This document shows, one piece after another, positions 42,447-58,582 of a stretch of 64,000 nt of DNA. A model generated the notes under the pieces. That model was not told the origin of the DNA and made no database searches. It saw only the letters and a list, made by a program, of their open reading frames with translations. This DNA comes from the human T2T-CHM13v2.0 reference genome, Homo sapiens, in assembly GCF_009914755.1 (NCBI RefSeq), contig NC_060925.1, one strand, 5' to 3'. Positions within the stretch are counted from its first letter, which is position 1, and each line of letters opens with the position of its first letter. Both the position numbers and the translations under genes were made by a program.

Positions 42447-42749
42447 TTATATATATATATCGGTTAGGAAAGAATGAACAAATGAAGGAAGAAACACAGG
42501 GCCAAGAGTGAGCCAAGAATGTATATACATATATGCACACATATGTTCCATGTTTTTAATATACGTATGTGTATATTTGTATATGTTCATATGTGTGTAG
42601 CCCATATATTTATGTTATTTTGGTCAATTTATCTATTCCTATGTCACAATGCATTATTGTGTTATAATAAGTCTTGGCATTTTCTTCTTCAAAAATATTT
42701 TGGTTAATTATGGCCTTTTGGTCTTCCATAACAATTATAGGATCTTATT

Positions 42750-43316
42750 GAAGTTACATTTTTCAGAGCTGGCCCCATTAACTTATTTCATATTACAGGC
42801 TCTTTTTGCAATCTGACATTGACACTCTTTCATCAAGAATGTGGTCTGTGTTCCTACCCTTTGAATCTGAGTAGCTCTGTGATTATGACAAAGGTGATGT
42901 AAATCTTCTAAGGCTGAGTCATAAAAGCTGTTTAAGCTTCCAATTGGCTCCCTGTCCCATTAATGTACCTCAAGAATCCAGAGCTGAGTTGTTAAATATC
43001 TGGCAACTCTAAAGCAATGGTGATGAGAGATCACATTGGAAGAATGTATAGAAATAGAGAGAGATGCCCAAGAAGCCCCAGTGTTCCAACATCAACTGTT
43101 CCAGCCCTCAGTTTAGGTGACAAGCATATGAGAAAGCAAAGCTTCAGACATCCTAACCTCCTCCTTTATGCAGTTCCAACTGCTGGGATGTTTAGTTGAG
43201 CAGAAATAAGAGGTTCCCAGAATTCAGCCCAAATTCATGAATAAAATAAATATTGCTGTTGTTTTAAGCCATTGAATTTTCAGGTGGTTTCTCATGCAGC
43301 CAGAGTGATGGAACAG
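42750..43316 (+). mobile_element. MLT1G/H-like MaLR LTR
   Basis: gacattgacactctttcatcaagaatgtggtctgtgttcctacccttgaatct...gttttaagccattgaattttcaggtggtt. Confidence 0.7.
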
Positions 43317-43599
43317 TTTAACACACACATACACAACACATCCCCCTACAAAATGTTGAAATTTTAATAACAATTCTAGTGAATCTATAACTTAATTTGG
43401 GGAGAACTAGAATCTAATTGATATTGATAAGAACTTTCCAGTCCATGAACATGATATACATTTTTATTTGTTGAGACTCTTAAAAGTCTTTCAACAAAGT
43501 TCTATATTTTTTTCTGTATAAGTTTCACACATTTTTAGTTTAGTTTTTCATAAATACCTTATATTTTGTGCCATTTCTTATGAATTTTATTTTCTTTTC

Positions 43600-43899
43600 T
43601 TTTCTCTTTACTTTTTTTTAGACAGAGTCTCACTGTGTTGCACAGGCTGGGTGCAGTGGTATGATCTTGGCTCACTGCAACCTCTGCTTCCTGGGTTGAA
43701 GTGACTCTTGCGCCTCAGTGTCCTGAGTAGCTGAGACTACAAAAATGCACCGCCATACCAGGCTAATTTTTGTATTTTTAGTAGAGATGGGGTTTTGTCA
43801 TGTTGGCCAGGCTGGTCTTGAACTCCTGGCCTCATGTGATCCACCCGCCTCAGCCTCTCAAAGTGCTGGGATTACAGACGTGAGCCACTGCATACAGCT
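43600..43899 (-). mobile_element. Full-length AluS
   Basis: Dimeric Alu. Confidence 0.93.
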
Positions 43900-43950
43900 T
43901 CTTCTGAATTTTCTAACTAGTTATTACCACTATATAGAAATAAAATTGTC

Positions 43951-44241
43951 TTTTTTTTTTTTTGAGATAGGATTTTGCTGTATCACCCAGGCTGGAGTGC
44001 AGCGACTCGATCACAGCTTACTTCAGCCTTGAACTCTCGGGCACAAGCCACAAGCCATCCTCCCTCCTGCCTCAGCCTCCCAAGTAGTGCACTACTACGC
44101 CTGACTAATTTTTTTTTTCTTCAGTAGAGATAGGATCTCCCTATGTTGCCCAGGCTGGTCTCAAACTCCCGGGCTCAAGTGATCCTCATGCCTCAGCCTC
44201 CCAAAGTGCTAGGATTACTGGAATGAGCCACTACAACCAGT
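43951..44241 (-). mobile_element. AluJ-like
   Basis: J-type diagnostics (tcacagcttac, ctccctatgttgcccagg, gggctcaagtgatcc). Flanks aatt(g/a)tctttttt. Confidence 0.9.
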
Positions 44242-45184
44242 TTACAATTATCTTTTTTAATGCTAATTTTATATCCAGTACCTTGCTAAACTCTTTTCAG
44301 TTCTAAAACTTGCTATTAATCATTTGAGTTTTCTACATAAAAACTTCCTAACATTTCTTATTATTTACAGGTTATTTCTTCCATTCTAATAGAATATTAG
44401 CATTTGTCATTGATTCTAAGATGCCATTGATTATAAAATGCAAAAAAAGTTTTACAAAAAATTGTGCCTTAAATTAATAAAAGAAACAGTAATTTTTTCA
44501 TTGCCTTACTAGGATGATTTAGATCTTCACTACGATGTTGAATAGAAGTGGTGAAAGGGGCACCCTAGTTTTATTCAGATTTTTACAGGGAATGCTTTCA
44601 AAAAATTTCACCTTTTTCTAACAAACTTTGGAAATACAAGTCTGTCCTTGAATTTTACTGAAGGCATTTTCTGCTTCAATTATAATAATCATTTTTTTCT
44701 CCAAATGTGATGAATTACATTAGGTTATATAAAAAATAATAAACTGTGTACTTCTAATAGGAGCCCAGACTATTAGGAAAATATTATTACTAATATTTAG
44801 TAAGCTAAATATAATATTTTAATGCATTACTAAATTCAATTTACTAATATTTAGTTTAGGATATTTGAATCTATTTTCTTGAGTGAGATTACTCTTTATT
44901 TTTTCTTTCTCGTACTATTATTTAGTTTTGATATTAAATTTAATATCAGATATTTATGTCTTTGTCCATAAGCAAAATTGGTCTTTTTTTTCCCTCTTTT
45001 ATTCTGTCATTTTAAGGTTTTATTATCAAAGTTATCCTAAGCTCATAACATGCAATGCAACTGTTTCCTCCTTTACTCTCTATATAGCATATTTTGTGGA
45101 ACATTACATTAATTTGTTTTTTGAATAGTTCATTCACCCTCTCTCAATTTATATATTATTGTTGGCTGTATTTTATTTATTTAA

Positions 45185-47585
45185 AGTTTTTTAAATTGAC
45201 ATAAAAATTGTACATATGCATTGTGTACAACATGTTGTTTTGAAATATGTACACATTGTGAAATGGTGACATCAAGCTAGTTAATATGTGCATCACTTCA
45301 CTTACCATTTCTCTGTGGTGAGAACACAAAATCTATTCTCTTAGCAATTTTCAAGAATACATTGTTATTAATAGTCACCATGTTGACCAATAGATCGCTT
45401 ACATTTATACCTCCTACCTAAATGAAACTTTGTATCCTTTGACCAATATCTCCTCAACACTCTGGCAAATCTCTGGTAATCACCATCCTTCTTTCTATTT
45501 CTATGAGCTTAACATTTTTACATACCACATATATGTGAGATCATGCAGTATTTATCTTTCTCTGACTGGCTTACTTCATTTAACATAATGTCCTCCAGGT
45601 TCATTCATGTTGCCACAAATGACAGAATTTTCTCCTTTTTTCAAGATGAATAGTATTCCATTATGTATATCTACCACATTTTCTTTATCCATTTTCTGTC
45701 AATGAGCCAGTGAGCACTTAGAGTGATTCCTTATCTTAGCAACTGTGCAATATGAACTATGAAGTGCAGATACCTCTTCAATATACTAGTTTCATTTCCT
45801 TTGGATATACACCCAGTAGTGGGATTGCTGGATTATAAGGTAGTTCTTTCTTTTTTAAATTTCAGAGGCACCTCTATACTGTTTTTCATGATGGTTGTAG
45901 TATTTTACATTCCCACCAACAATGTTCAAGTGTTCCCTTTTCTTCACATCCTCTCCAACACTTGTTATCTTTTGTCTTTTTGATATAGCCATTCTAATAG
46001 CCATGAGGTGCTAACACATTGTGGTTTTAATTTGCATTTATCTGATGATTAGTGATTTTTTCCATATACCTGTTGGACATTGGTATGTCTTTTTTTGAGA
46101 ACTATCTATTCAGATCCTTTGCCCATTTTTAATTGGATTATTTGGGTTTTCCTTGTTTTTTGTTTGTTGTTACTATTGAGTTGTTTGAGTTTCTTACATA
46201 TCTTGGATGTTAAACCTTTATCAAATATATGGGTTGCAATTATTATCTCCTATTTTGTAGGTTGTCTCTTCACTCTGTTGTTTCCTTGGCTGTGCAAAAG
46301 CTTTTTAGTTTGAAGTAATCCCATTTATCTTTTCACTTTATTTTATTTTATTTATTTATTTTTGCGTGTGGCTTTGGCTTCATAGCCAAAAAGCCATTTC
46401 CCAGACCAATGTCATGGAGCTTTTTTTTTCTTCTTCTTTTTTTTTTTCTAGGAGTTTTACACTTTCAGGTCTTATATTTAAGTCTTTAATCCATTTTCTG
46501 TTGATTTTTGCCTATGGTGTGCGATAAGGGTCCAATTTCATTCTTCTGCATGAATGTACAGTTATCATTGCACCATTTATTAAAGAGACATTATTTTTCT
46601 CATTGTGTGTTCTTAACACCTTTGCCAAAAATCATTTGACTATGAATGTGTGGATTTATTTCTGGGCTCTATATTTTGTTCTGTTGGTCTGTGTGTCTGT
46701 GTTTATGTCACTACCATGCTTTTATGGTTGAAGCTTTGTAGTAGATTTTAAAGTCAGGGAGTGTGATGCCTCCAGCTTTGTTCTTTTTGCTCAATGTCTT
46801 TTTTGGGCTATTCAGGGTTTTTTTGTGGTTCTGCATGATTTTTAGGATTTTTTTCTACTTCTGTGAAAAATGTCACTGGAATTTTGGTAAGCATTGCATT
46901 GAATCTTTTTACTGCTTTGGTAGTACGGGAATTTTAGCAATATTTATTCTTCCAATTTATGAACACAGGATATCTTTTTATTTATTGTGCCTTCTTTAAT
47001 TCCCTTCATCAATGTTGTATAGCTTTCAGTGAATAGTTCTTTTAGTTCTTTGGTTAAATTAATTACCAAGTATTTTAATTTTTTTGGTAAATATTGTATA
47101 AATGCAATTGTTTTCTTAATTTCTTTGTAGGATAGCTCATTGTTAGTGTATAGTGATGCTACTGATTTTTGTATGTTGATTTTATATCCTTCAGCTGTCC
47201 TGAATTCTTTTTATTAGTTCTAACAGTTTTTTGGTAGAGTCCTTAAGGGTTTTCTATATGCATGATCATGTTGTCTGCAAACAAGGACATTTTAACTGCT
47301 TCCTTTCCAGTTTGGATGCCCTTTATTCTGTCTTTTGCCTAATTGCTTGAACTAGAATTTCCAATACTATGTTGAATAGAATTTGTAGGAGTAGGCATCT
47401 TTGTCTTGTTACTGATAGGAGAGGAAAAGCTTTCAACTTTTCACTATTGAGTATGATGTTACCTATGGGTCTGTCATATATGGCCTCTATTATATTAAGG
47501 TGCATTCCTTCTATACTTAATTTGTTGAGAGTTTTTTTTTATCATGAAAGGATATTGAATTCTATCAACTGCCCTTTTTGAATTT
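45185..47585 (-). mobile_element. L1MA-like, about 2.4 kb 3' portion
   Basis: L1MA-type 3'UTR. ORF 47323-47505 ([25 protein letters not shown]) is L1 RT. Confidence 0.88.
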
Positions 47586-47589
47586 ATTG

Positions 47590-48860
47590 TTGTCATATAT
47601 TTTAATGTTATATTAAACATTACAAGTTGTATTTTTTAGGATGTCAAAGTCTGTTTAGAATTTCTATGATATTTACCACTTTCTTTGCTGCTCATTCCTT
47701 CTTGAAATTGACTTGTATTTTGAGAATTCTGTCCGAATTATGTTATTTTCATATTTTTTAGTGAAAGTTTGTTGGTGGAAAACCTTAAACTTCTTATTTT
47801 TCTAAAATGTCTTTATATCTCCCCATTCATGAAAGTTATTTTGCTATGATAATTTAACACAAGAGTTATTTTCTATCTTTATAGTGCAAATATCATTCAC
47901 TGTTTTGCTTCCCTGTGGTTGAAGAGAAAACAGCTGTCAGTCTAATTGATGCTCTTTTGAATGCAATCTGCCTTTCGTCTCTGACTAAGATCTTTTAACA
48001 TTCTATAGCTTCAACATTTCTCTTGCTTGAGATCTTTTGGGTTCTTGAATTTGTCATAGTAACAAACCCCTAGTTTTGAAAAGTTCATAGCCGTTATCTA
48101 TTCAGATATTGCCTTTGATTCTATCTCACCACTTCTATTATAACTCCATTAAGTTGTGTTAGATGTTCCCATTTTATCATTCATGTCTCTTGACATGTAT
48201 CTACCCCTCTCTGTTGTATTCTGAACAACTTCTTCAATGCTATTATTCAGTTAATTGATTATCTTTTTTGCTAAGTATAACCTACTTTTAAGTATGTTAC
48301 TTTAGTGTTTATTTTCTAGTATATCTTAATTTTTGGAAGTTTTAAAAGTTATTTTTCAAATTATTTAGCTCTTTACTAATAATCTCAAACTGTTATTTAA
48401 TTTCTTTAAACATATTAAACATAGTGGTCAGTATATTATTTCTGCTAATTTTAGTATTTAAATTCTGTTTGGGTCTGGTTTTGTTATGTTTTTTTCTGTT
48501 TGGCTCTGCCTCACAATACTTACGCTCTTGGGTGTTTACTAGCTGTTGATCATCAGTTACATTTTTTCTGTGGAGATTTTTTGAGGTATCGGATCAAAGT
48601 GAGTTGCTCCATATATAACTGGTGTTTGCTTTAGCCAGGTATCTGGAGGCTTTACCAGTCTAAGACTACTTCCAACAAAGCTTTGGCTTGAAGCTTTTAT
48701 TACCACCAATGCAGTATGTACTCAGACTACAATATGAGGTCCGAATCTTGGTTATAATTTCTCAGGGAAGATAGCTTTTCATTCACTGACACCAAGTTTT
48801 AAAATCATCAATATTTTGTTTCTGTAGTCTGTTGAAGTGGGGGCAGTAGAGTGTTGCCCT
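47590..48860 (-). mobile_element. Old L1M ORF1/5' remnant, target of the L1PA insertion; probably continues at about 55215-55500
   Basis: T-rich, decayed L1M-like motifs (aaaatgtctttatatctcccccattcatgaaag, cagctgtcagtctaattg). Confidence 0.55.
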
Positions 48861-48861
48861 T

Positions 48862-48875
48862 TGGTGATTACTTTT
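48862..48875. repeat. Target-site duplication TGGTGATTACTTTT (copy at the L1 poly-A end)
   Basis: Identical 14-mer at 55201-55214; abuts the L1 poly-A tail. Confidence 0.92.
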
Positions 48876-49107
48876 TATTTTATTTATTTATTTATTTATT
48901 TTTATTATACTCTAAGTTTTAGGGTACATGTGCACAACGTGCAGGTTTGTTACATATGTATACATATGCCATGTTGGTGTGCTGCACCCATTAACTCGTC
49001 ATTTAACATTAGGTATATCTCCTAATGCTATCTCTTCCCCTCCCCCCACCCCACAACAGGCCCCGGAGTGTGATGTTCCCCTTCCTGTGTTCATGTGTTC
49101 TCGTTGT

Positions 49108-52929
<3,822 letters not shown>

Positions 52930-52992
52930 TATGATGTTAGCTGGTTATTTTGCTCGTTAGTTGATGCAGTTTCTTCCTAGCCTTGATGGTCT

Positions 52993-54009
52993 TTACAATT
53001 TGGTATGTTTTTGCAGTTGCTGGTACCGGTTGTTCCTTTCCATGTTTAGTGCTTCCTTCAGGAGCTCTTTTAGGGCAGGCCTGGTGGTGACAAAATCTCT
53101 CAGCATTTACTTATCTGTAAAGTATTTTATTTCTCCTTCACTTATGAAGCTTAGTTTGGCTGGATATGAAATTCTGGGTTGAAAATTCTTTTCTGTAAGA
53201 ATGTTGAATATTGGCCCCCATTCTCTTCTGGCTTGTAGAGTTTCTGGTGAGAGACCAGCTGTTAGTCTGATGAGCTTCCCTTTGTGGGTAACCAGACTTT
53301 TATCTCTGGCTGCCCTTAACATTTTTTCCTTCATTTCAACTTTGGTGAATCTGACAATTATATATCTTGGGGTTGCCCTTTTCGAGGAGTATCTTTGTGG
53401 CATTCTCTGTATTTCCTGAATTTGAATGTTGGCATGCCTTGCTAGATTGGGGAAGTTCTCCTGGATAATATCCTGTAGAGTGTTTTCCAACTTGTTTCCA
53501 TTCTCTCTGTCACTTTCAGGTACACCAATCAAAGGTAGATTTGGTCTTTTCACATAGTCCCATATTTCTTTGAGGCTTTGTTCGTTTCTTTTTATTCTTT
53601 TTTCTCTAAACTTCTCTTCTCGCTTCATTTCATTCATTTGATCTTCCATCACTGATACCCTTTCTTCCAGTTGATCGAATGGGCTACTGAGGCTTGTGCA
53701 TTCGTCATGTAGTTCTTGTGCCGTGGTTTTCAGCTCCATCAGGTCCTTTAAGTACTTCTCTGCATTGGTTATTCTAGTTAGCCATTCGTCTAATTTTTTT
53801 TCAAGGTTTTTAACTTCTTTGCCATGGGTTCAAACTTCCTCCTTTAGCTTGGTGTAGTTTGATTGTCTGAAGCCTTCTTCTCTCAGCTCATCAAAGTCAT
53901 TCTCCGTCCACCTTTGTTCCATTGCTGGTGAGGAGCTGTGTTCCTGTGGAGGAGGAGAGGTGCTCTGATTTTTAGAGTTTCCAGTTTTTCTGTTCTGTTT
54001 TTTCCCCAT
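52993..54009 (-). pseudogene. Disrupted L1 ORF1
   Basis: MGKKQNRKTGNSK start at 54009; YVKRPNL and ARREW motifs; premature stops at 53830 and 53107. Confidence 0.95.
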
Positions 54010-54573
54010 CTTTGTGGTTTTATCTACCTTTGGTCTTTGATGACGGTGACTGACAGATGGGGTTTTGATGTGGGTGTCCTTTCTGTTAGTTTTCCTTCTA
54101 ACAGTCAGGACCCTCAGCTGCAGGTCTGTTGGAGTTTGTTGGAGGTACACTCCAGACCCTGTTTGCCTGGGTATCAGCAGCAGAGGCTGCAGAACAGTGG
54201 ATATTGGTGAACAGCAAATGTTGCTGCCTGATTGTTCCTCTGGAAGTTTTGTTTCAGAGGAGTACCTGGCCGTGTGAAGTGTCAGTCTGCCCCTACTGGG
54301 GGGGTGCCTCCCAGTTAGGCTACTTGGGGGTCAGGGACCCACTTGAGGAGGCAGTCTGTCTGTTCTCAGATCTACAGCTGCATGCTGGGAGAACCACTGC
54401 TCTCTTCAAAGCTGTCAGACAGGGACATTTAAGTCTGCAGAAGTTTCTGCTGCCTTTTGTTTGGCTCCTCCAGAGGTGGAGTCTATAGAGGCAGGCAGGC
54501 CTCCTTGAGCTGCGGTAGGATCTACCCAGTTTGAGCTTCCCTGCCACTTTGTTTACCTACTCAAGCCTCGGCA

Positions 54574-54918
54574 ATGGCGGGCACCCCTCCCCCAGCCTCG
54601 CTGCCACCTTGCAGTTTGATCTCAGCCTGCTGTGGTAGCAATGAGCAAGGCTCTGTGGGCATAGGACCCTCTGAGCCAGGCACAGGATATAATCTCCTGG
54701 TGTGTCGTTTGCTAAGACCATTGGAAAAGCGCAGTATTAGGGTGAGAGTGACCCGATTTTCCAGGTGCCGTCTGTCACCCCTTTCTTTGACTAGGAAAGG
54801 GAATTCCCTGACCCCTTGTGCTTCCTGGGTGGGTGAGGTGATGCCTTGCCCTGCTTTGGCTCATGCTTGGTGCACTGCACCCACTGTCCTGCACCCAGTT
54901 TCCAACACTCCCCAGTGA
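54574..54918 (+). CDS. ORF0: L1 antisense ORF0 homologue, open for 114 aa
   Basis: MAGTPPPASLPPCSLIS...RVTRFSRC matches the recalled primate L1 ORF0 (MAGAPPPASLPPCSLISD...); Kozak gcaATGG. Expression not shown. Confidence 0.7.
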   Translation: MAGTPPPASLPPCSLISACCGSNEQGSVGIGPSEPGTGYNLLVCRLLRPLEKRSIRVRVTRFSRCRLSPLSLTRKGNSLTPCASWVGEVMPCPALAHAWCTAPTVLHPVSNTPQ

Positions 54919-55027
54919 GATGAACCCCGTATCTCAGTTGGAAATGCAGAAATCACCTGTCTTCTGTGTTGCTCACACTGGGAGCTGTAGATTGGAGCTG
55001 TTCCTATTTGGCCATCTTGGCTCCACC

Positions 55028-55200
55028 CTTCTTTCTCTTTCTTTCCCTTCCAATGTCTGGATGTAGATAGCAGTACGGACCTTTACAGACTGTTCTCAAT
55101 GGATTTCTCTTCTTTACTGAGCTTCAAAGCTTCCATGATGTTGGCAGCTGGGAATGAAAGGCAGAGGGAGGGAGTGCAGGGCCGGATCGCTGCCTGGGAG
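55028..55200 (-). pseudogene. FHIT: Processed (spliced) copy of FHIT 5'-UTR exons 1(part)-2-3 fused to the L1 5' end
   Basis: The minus strand reads ctcccaggcagcgatccggccctgcactccctccctctgcctttcattcccagctgccaacatcatggaag|ctttgaagctcag...gtctgtaaag|gtccgtactgctatctacatccagac...agagaaagaag, matching the FHIT mRNA leader as I recall it. Inferred exon pieces: 55200-55130, 55129-55081 (49 nt), 55080-55028 (53 nt). Confidence 0.88.
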
Positions 55201-55214
55201 TGGTGATTACTTTT
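55201..55214. repeat. Target-site duplication TGGTGATTACTTTT (copy at the 5' end of the insertion)
   Basis: Identical to 48862-48875. Its TTTT|GA end resembles an L1 endonuclease site. Confidence 0.92.
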
Positions 55215-56157
55215 GAAAAGTGGGATGATCATCTTTTAAAATCTGTACCTTGAATGGGTCTTAGAATTTTTATTCCTATGCCTCAAGTTTCATAAGGTGG
55301 AATAACCAAGGCTTAATTTCCTGTTTTTGTAAATACTCTCGAGCAAAAACTATTTTAAATAATCATCTTGTCTTCCTAGATTCCGGCTTGACTTTGTTTT
55401 TAACCCAAATATTCCTTATGTTTTTGTTAATTAGTAGATAAAGATGATTTTTGAAGACTTTCTGTCATTTTAAATAGATTTCAACAAGATGACCTATCCA
55501 GGTCCTTAGCATACTGTATTTCTGAAAATAAAACTCTAATAATTTTTCTTTTCAACAATTTTTAAAAGAGTTATTGGCCTTCTCTCATGTGCCCGTCATT
55601 GTGGAATGAACTTGGGGTACAAATTTAATAAGTTGTGGCCCTAACTTCAAGTTAATTATAATTTGGAAGGAAAAGAGTTCACATAATTCTAACACTTATG
55701 CATGGAACACAGTGAAAGATTTTTTTCACAGAATGTTACGACATGAAAGCAGATCTACCTGTCTTGTTTTGAGCTAAAACAGGTGGCTTCTGAGAATGAT
55801 TTTTGAAGAATGTAATGTCTGAGGAATGTAAACAAGATGGATATAAGTGTCATGAGGGCAAGTACCTGACTTTGTCAATATTGTATTTTTTTTCTGCCTA
55901 GGACAGGTGCTTAATAAATATTTGTTGTATTAACAAATGTTTGAATAAGATATAATTATTGTCTTTAAAGACAATAATCATGTCTTTAAAATAAAAGAAT
56001 TATGACCATTGATAAATCACAGCATGTCTATAGTTTTCTAAATACATGTCCTAAATTTCTTTAATCTCTTCTGCCCCATGTTAGAAAGCATGTATCTACT
56101 TGTGTATTCCAATAACGTTGGAATTCCCCAAGCCCTATGCCAAAACATAGAAGGAAA

Positions 56158-56490
56158 TATCACAGAACCTTGGGTTGGAGGATGCCTTAAAAGTTGCCCA
56201 GTAAAATCAACAAGCTGATACTTAAGTCCTACATCATTGAAGCAGGTGTTGGTTTGGTTGTTTATTGTTTGTTTATCAGTCTCTGTTTTTAAACTGCCAG
56301 CAAGTGAACTAATTGCTCTGACTGTTAGAAGGAAAGGGCTAAAACCTGCCTTTAAGGTTAACCTGTCTTTCTATAGCACGTACCCATGGTCATAGTTCTT
56401 CCATTTGGCATTCAGTAGAATAGGCGTAATGTGCTTTCCATTGCCAATTTGTTAGCTATTTGAACACAGCTATTTTTTTCTTCATGAATC
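56158..56490 (-). mobile_element. L3/CR1-like 3' fragment
   Basis: tcacagaaccttgggttggaggatgccttaaa and gctctgactgttagaag resemble the antisense L3 3' end. Confidence 0.5.
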
Positions 56491-57759
56491 TTTATGAGGA
56501 AGAGCGTGGTGGTGAAGTGGGTTCAACTTACTCACTCTTTCCCTAAAATATTTTGAGTCGCTGTGTTGTTTTGGCTACTTTGGACCTCAGTTGGCTTCAG
56601 TGTTACAGTAAGGTTGTCCCCAGGAAGAAGAGGATAAAGACAGTGCACAGGTCATGTTTGATCAGTGAACAGGAGAAGAACTCAAATCTACATTTGTGGG
56701 ATTTGGTATAAAACTTGCCTGCTGACCAAGCCAGAACAGATGGTAAACAGAATGTTTATAAGAATGTAATTTCCTTACCTGTGAAATGGAGGTGACTGTG
56801 CCTACCTCTTCAGGTTGTTGTAAGCAATAAATGAGTCTACAGCTAGAGACAACATCTTAGAGGTACTCATTAAATAACATATATTATGGTTATTATCAAA
56901 TGGTGTCACCAATATGAAAATTAAATCTATTTTTTGTCTGTACATTGAGTAAATTTTAATTCTTTTCTATGTTATCAGTATAGAGATCATATGCATATAA
57001 ATCCTTTATATATTTTATGGAGTCATTTAATTGGATGTATATTTCATTTAAAATGGAGATTATTTAAAAAGTGAATATGATGTATCATCAGGCTTCTTGT
57101 TGATCTTCATGTTCAAAATTTATATCCGTGGGATAGATCATGTTGCAGTTTACATTGGTATGCAAAAGGAAATGGCAATTCTGTATTTATGACAGCCTGT
57201 TTAAAATTGGCAAGAAAGAGTCTCTTATAACAAGGTTATATTGTATTGATTTGCCATTCGAATATTTATTTATTTATTATATATGCCATTTCTGGAAAAT
57301 GTAAAGCACAACAAAAATTCGTGGTTATTTCCAGCTTCTGGAGAGCTGGATAGATGTGAGAGTGTATTTATGGGGTATTTATTTTCTAATATATGCAATG
57401 GAGTTGATCCTAAATGATTTGACTTTAAAAGCAGAATATAAATCTCTACAGGCACAAGTAGAGTTAAGGTTTGTACTAAATCTTTGCCTAAAATATCCCA
57501 AAGCAAGTTATAAAAAAATTCCTTCTCATGCATCAAATTAAAACTAACCTTGTTGGGCAACCAGTGATAAAACGGGACTCTCAGACCACTCTGCATGGAT
57601 CACAGCATTCATCACCAGTTTATATTTTCTTTGCAGAGAAAATATCTTATTTCCCCCAGTCTGATGCACATTTTTAAAAGACAACATTTTTTGTCTTCAG
57701 TGCACCCATATAAGTAAATCTATGTGGGAATAAACTACCATTTATTCAGCTCCTCCCCT

Positions 57760-58030
57760 GTGCCAGGTACTGCTCTGGGCATTTTGATATTGGTTAACAT
57801 TTCTGTAGTGCTTACTATGTGCTCGATATTGTGCCCCAAATACTTTCTGTACTTTATGTACTTAATTGTCATAATCACCGTATGACTAAATGTCATCTTC
57901 CCAATTTTCCATATGAGAAAACTCAGACTCTGAGACATTATGGAACTTACCCAGAGGTAGCCAGGTTATAATCTGAATCCAGGCTAAGTACTCAGGTGGT
58001 ATTGATTGAAAGGCCATCTCTTTCCATTAT
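57760..58030 (-). mobile_element. MIR SINE
   Basis: cccaattttccatatgagaaaactcagactctgaga...aacttacccagagg. Confidence 0.7.
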
Positions 58031-58516
58031 TCCCCATATTGTTACTTAACAGCTTTGATCTACAAATGAATATAAATGAGAATTTTGAGAGAATATCCTT
58101 TTTCTGTTTTGGTAGAACATGAAAAGCCTCAATTACTTCATACAGCAAATACTTGTTGCCAGTTTACTTTATACCAAGCATTGTGCCAGGACCTGAAGAT
58201 ATAGAGATAAAAGGTTGTCCCCAACCCTCACTGACACAAGGTCTTTAGGGAAGACAAACAATTTTATAAAGTACAATATGGTGCTGCTGCTATAGAAACC
58301 TTAACAGCTTGGGGCTGCAGGGAAGTTATCAAAGATATAGCAGAGTGGCTGACAGCCAGGCTGTCCTGCAGACCTGGAACATTGAAACATGAGAAGGAGT
58401 TGGGGGACAACAAAGAAAACCTCCCTTTTTTACCCTCTCATTTTAATTAAAAGCTACTTTCAACTCATTCACTTGCAACCCATAGCAGTAGCTTGATGTG
58501 AGAAAATTCTTGGCAG

Positions 58517-58582
58517 GAGAGAGAGAGAGGAAAGGAGAGAGAGAGGAGAAAGGAGAGAGAGAGAGAGACAGAGAGACAGAGA
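58517..58582. repeat. (GA)n-rich polypurine tract
   Basis: Direct inspection. Confidence 0.9.

Noticed and set aside
55028-55200. This window being the FHIT gene itself
   Set aside because: The exon pieces are directly joined without introns, diverged, CpG-decayed, lack coding exons and lie inside retrotransposon TSDs.
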